From an uncultured Bacteroidaceae bacterium (GTDB taxonomy: Bacteria; Bacillota; Clostridia; Christensenellales; CAG-917): 64,000 nucleotides of DNA. The stretch is from positions 17,468 to 81,467 of the forward strand of contig CAZLVK010000005.1 of the NCBI GenBank assembly GCA_964563025.1. Reading direction: 5' to 3'. The position numbers were made by a program, and so were the translations under genes. Positions within the stretch are counted from its first letter, which is position 1, and each line of letters opens with the position of its first letter. Positions 60,824-64,000 of the stretch are shown piece after piece. The notes beneath the pieces were generated by a model that was not told where the DNA came from, did not search any database, and saw only the letters and a program-made list of their open reading frames with translations.

Positions 60824-61945
60824 ATGAAAACCGTTTTCCTGAAAGGTCTATCCCTGCTGTCGGGCGGACGCGCAAGCACCGCTCTATTCGACGTCGCCGT
60901 ATCCGACGGCATAATCACGGACGTTAGGCAATCGAACGAGTATACCCCCCTCGGTTATCTCACGGCGGGGTTCGTCGATATACACACCCACGGCAACAGC
61001 GGACACGATTTTTCATCTTGCTCCAAAAAGGATTTGGACGAAATGACGGAGTGGTACAACGCACACGGCGTAACTCACTTTTCGCCCACGTTCGTCGCGA
61101 CTCCTCTATCAAAACTCGACGAACAACTGAATACGCTTTACTCCTACTCCCCAGACAGCGTAGCATTGCTCCCCGCCCACCTCGAGGGACCTTTCATTTC
61201 CAAGCGTTTCAAAGGGGCTCAACCCGAAAAAAATATCAGCGAAGAATACAAAGCGGAAGATGCCACGTTTTTTGAGAAAAACGCGGACAAAATCGGTGTC
61301 GTCACCCTCTGTCCAACCGTCAAAAATTCTCTCGACCTCACCTGCAAATGCTCCTCTCTCGGAATAAAGACAGAAGTCGGCCATTCGAGTGCGACGGATA
61401 AAGAAATTCTCTCGCACGTCGAAGAAGGACTCGACGGCGTTACGCATATCTATTGCGGTTGTTCGGGCGCGGAACGCGGTGAAGATTTCGTAAGACGCGC
61501 GGGTGTCGTCGAAACCGCTCTCGCCTCCGACGACCTTTTCGTAGAAGTGATTGCGGACGGCATACACCTCGATATTGACCTTGTCAAATTCGTGATAAAA
61601 TGCAAGGGATACCACCGCGTAATCCTCGTGTCGGACAGTCTCTCCTGCGCCGGTATGAAAGAGGGCTACTACAAACTCGGCGACGAGGACGTCTACACCG
61701 ACGGCAAAGCCTGCTACCGTGCAGACAACAGCGGTCTTGCGGGAAGCGTAACCTCCCTTGCGGACAGCGTAAAACTTCTCGTAGGCAACGGCATTCCCCT
61801 TGCGGAAGTCGCCTATATGGCAAGCGAAGCCCCTCGCAAATATATCGGTCTATCCACCCCGTCCCTGACCATCGGAGAAACCGCCGATTTCGTCGTCCTC
61901 TCCCCCGACGGGACCCTCCTCTCCACCCTCAACCAACTCACCTAA
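60824..61945 (+). CDS. nagA: N-acetylglucosamine-6-phosphate deacetylase
   Basis: GFVDIHTHG, HLEGPFIS, GHS, TH, IADGIH, LVSD, LAGS. Confidence 0.85.
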   Translation: MKTVFLKGLSLLSGGRASTALFDVAVSDGIITDVRQSNEYTPLGYLTAGFVDIHTHGNSGHDFSSCSKKDLDEMTEWYNAHGVTHFSPTFVATPLSKLDEQLNTLYSYSPDSVALLPAHLEGPFISKRFKGAQPEKNISEEYKAEDATFFEKNADKIGVVTLCPTVKNSLDLTCKCSSLGIKTEVGHSSATDKEILSHVEEGLDGVTHIYCGCSGAERGEDFVRRAGVVETALASDDLFVEVIADGIHLDIDLVKFVIKCKGYHRVILVSDSLSCAGMKEGYYKLGDEDVYTDGKACYRADNSGLAGSVTSLADSVKLLVGNGIPLAEVAYMASEAPRKYIGLSTPSLTIGETADFVVLSPDGTLLSTLNQLT

Positions 61946-62101
61946 CCCCAACCGCCCGCCGAAAACGAACGTTTGCTCGGGCAGTCTCGTCTTGCGTTTC
62001 ACGCTTCTTTACATTCGTGCAAGCGTTTTATTTGTTTCCGTCGCTATTGCGTTTGCGGATAATAAATGTTATAATATTTTCATCAAAATTTAGGAGATAA
62101 T

Positions 62102-62587
62102 ATGGCAAGGATTGATTTCGACGACGGATTCTATGAGGGCGAACTACACGGCAACGTGCGAAACGGCAAGGGTACTTACGTCTGGGCGGACGGAGATAAG
62201 TACGTGGGCGAGTGGAAAAACGACGAGATGCACGGCAAAGGCACTTACTATTTTTCCAACGGCGAACTGTATGCTGGGGATTTCAAACACGACGAACCAT
62301 ACGGCTACGGCTCATATCATTATCTGAACGGTGATATTTATACGGGAGAGTGCCGTCACGGCAAAAAACACGGCAAAGGAGTTTTTCACTTCATCGGTGG
62401 CAAAAAGTACGACGGCGAGTGGAAAAACGACGAAATGCACGGCAAAGGCACTTTGTATTATTCAAACGGGAATATCTTCATCGGCAAATTCAAGCATAAT
62501 CTCCCCTACGGCGAAGGGATTTTCCGCTATGCGGACGGCGGAGAAATCAAAGTCGTATACAAAGACGGCGAACTGGTTGCAGTATAA
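62102..62587 (+). CDS. MORN-repeat protein
   Basis: Six to seven 23-aa repeats of the type YxGEWKNDEMHGKGTYYFSNG; AGGAG RBS. Confidence 0.9.
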   Translation: MARIDFDDGFYEGELHGNVRNGKGTYVWADGDKYVGEWKNDEMHGKGTYYFSNGELYAGDFKHDEPYGYGSYHYLNGDIYTGECRHGKKHGKGVFHFIGGKKYDGEWKNDEMHGKGTLYYSNGNIFIGKFKHNLPYGEGIFRYADGGEIKVVYKDGELVAV

Positions 62588-62956
62588 ACGTCGATTCATA
62601 AAACGCCGTGATTTAACCGCTAAATCGGACCTCGTTTTAGGTCCGCTTTTTATTGATTTACAAGCCCTAAAATGTGACACTTGATGTGACAGAATTTTAG
62701 AATTTCGGGTTTCAGCCGTGGTAAGCAGTACTTGTAGCGAAGTGCAACGAGCGTAATAGCGGAGCGGGTGAGTTTACTCACGAGAGCGAAGCGTCGCGTT
62801 AATAAATAACTTGACGTCTGCGGTCGTCGAAAACAAATACAAGTGCTTGTTTCGATTTCCCTTGTCGTCAGCAGTGACTCGTCACTGGTTTTACGACGAA
62901 GTCGTGCGTGCAATTTTGTTGCACGCAGAGTCCGGTAGTCTTTATCCAAAATAAGC

Positions 62957-62983
62957 AAAAACCCTACTAAACAGTAGGGTTTT
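62957..62983 (-). terminator. Terminator of the tRNA operon
   Basis: AAAACCCTACT-AAAC-AGTAGGGTTTT immediately 3' of tRNA-Val. Confidence 0.75.
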
Positions 62984-62991
62984 AAGGATTT

Positions 62992-63068
62992 TGGTGGAGA
63001 CTACTGGACTTGAACCAGTGACCCCTTGCTTGTAAGGCAAGTGCTCTAACCAACTGAGCTAAGCCTCC
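62992..63068 (-). tRNA. tRNA-Val(TAC)
   Basis: GGAGGCTTAGCTCAGTTGGTTAGAGCACTTGCCT-TAC-AAGCAAGGGGTCACTGGTTCAAGTCCAGTAGTCTCCACCA. Confidence 0.96.
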
Positions 63069-63103
63069 TAAAAACAAAGGGCTACTCCTATGAGTAGCCC
63101 TTT
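63069..63103 (-). terminator. Terminator-like hairpin between tRNA-Glu and tRNA-Val
   Basis: Minus strand AAAGGGCTACTC-ATAG-GAGTAGCCCTTT-GTTTTT. Confidence 0.6.
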
Positions 63104-63106
63104 ATG

Positions 63107-63182
63107 TGGTGACCCTACCGAGGTTCGAACTCGGGTTACCGCCGTGAAAGGGCGATGTCTTAGACCACTTGACCATAGGGCC
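63107..63182 (-). tRNA. tRNA-Glu(TTC)
   Basis: GGCCCTATGGTCAAGTGGTCTAAGACATCGCCCT-TTC-ACGGCGGTAACCCGAGTTCGAACCTCGGTAGGGTCACCA. Confidence 0.96.
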
Positions 63183-63295
63183 TCAAAGATTCGGGCGGAA
63201 CGGTACTTGATTCCTCGTTCCTGCGCCGTTATGGGTGGTACTTTTCATTCCTCACCCGTTTCAGAACAAACAGAGTTTGTTCGTCATATTATTTT

Positions 63296-63372
63296 TGGTA
63301 GCGGCGGTCGGATTCGAACCAACGACCTGCCGGGTATGAACCGGCCGCTATAACCAACTAAGCTACGCCGCC
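63296..63372 (-). tRNA. tRNA-Met(CAT), elongator type
   Basis: GGCGGCGTAGCTTAGTTGGTTATAGCGGCCGGTT-CAT-ACCCGGCAGGTCGTTGGTTCGAATCCGACCGCCGCTACCA. Confidence 0.93.
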
Positions 63373-63375
63373 ATG

Positions 63376-63451
<76 letters not shown>

Positions 63452-63456
63452 GTGCA

Positions 63457-63486
63457 ATAATATGATAAATGCAACCCTTTTGTCAA
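63457..63486 (-). promoter_or_regulatory. Promoter of the tRNA operon
   Basis: TTGACA-N18-TATTAT just upstream of tRNA-fMet, with an AT-rich upstream region. Confidence 0.7.
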
Positions 63487-63607
63487 GCGGATTGACGAAA
63501 ATTTATTATTTATAATTTAATAAAATCATTTAAGGCGGGATTTTGGAGTGCTAAATAGGTGTTTTCCGCGCGAGCGTCCGCCCCGCCTTCAAAGCGGGGC
63601 ATTGCTT

Positions 63608-64000
63608 TTATGCGGGGATTTCGTCGAATTGACTGTTGTAGAGTTCGGCATAGAACCCGCCTTTTTCGAGCAACTCGTCGTGATTACCGCTCTCGACGAC
63701 GTCGCCGTCCTTCAAGACCAAAATCAAATCCGCATTCTTTATCGTTGACAGTCTATGCGCAATCACGAAAGACGTTCTGTTTTTCATCAACTCGTCCATA
63801 GCGTTTTGGATTTGCAATTCGGTGCGGGTATCCACAGAACTCGTCGCCTCGTCGAGGATGAGCATAGGCTTGTCCGCAATCATTGCTCGCGCGATAGTGA
63901 GTTGCTGTTTCTGCCCTTGGGAGAGGTTGACTTGGTCGGAGAGGACGGTATCGTAGCCGTTCGGGAGCGTCTTTATGAAATGGTGTAGTCCCACCGCTTC
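63608..64000 (-). CDS. ABC exporter ATP-binding/permease protein, C-terminal fragment (runs off the window end)
   Basis: [40 protein letters not shown]. Confidence 0.9.
   Translation of the reverse strand, partial: EAVGLHHFIKTLPNGYDTVLSDQVNLSQGQKQQLTIARAMIADKPMLILDEATSSVDTRTELQIQNAMDELMKNRTSFVIAHRLSTIKNADLILVLKDGDVVESGNHDELLEKGGFYAELYNSQFDEIPA

Noticed and set aside
62650-63353. Small ORFs 62650-62958 and 63090-63353
   Set aside because: They overlap tRNA genes or the hairpin-rich segment; no RBS or protein motifs

Overview
Core-genome window of an anaerobic Clostridia-class bacterium. A gut Christensenellales-like lineage is a guess from gene content and style. It is mostly housekeeping and metabolism: a holA-cdaA-DUF1015-aspartate kinase operon, a polar amino-acid ABC importer, ilvBN-leuA-cimA-leuCDB, a rex-adhE-kinase-2x[2Fe-2S]-HydS-phosphatase-[FeFe]-hydrogenase (hfs-like) H2-sensing and fermentation operon, coaX-hom-malQ-PPTase-acpP, glycyl-tRNA synthetase, asd-dapA-dapB, a Na+-pumping decarboxylase operon, a MacB-like ABC fusion, mrp, pyrG, an M3 peptidase, a GH3 glucosidase, nagA, a MORN protein and four tRNAs (fMet, Met, Glu, Val). 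No CRISPR array, rRNA, integrase or transposase was seen. The most notable observations are: (1) an AT-rich two-gene islet at about 30.7-32.1 kb encoding an XRE-HTH fused to a DUF3990/ADP-ribosyltransferase-like domain plus a translationally coupled partner, with its own promoter and paired operators (candidate toxin-antitoxin or defence module); (2) an amino-acid importer whose binding protein is circularly permuted and whose ATPase carries a ~115-aa coiled-coil insertion, behind ARG-box-like sites; (3) a DapB-ACT fusion; (4) tandem loop-E-type hairpins inside the tRNA operon; (5) a hairpin-dense segment with an inverted copy of the tRNA-Val 3' end; (6) a REP-like repeat cluster at 49.3 kb. 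All family assignments come from motifs recognised by eye, not from database searches.
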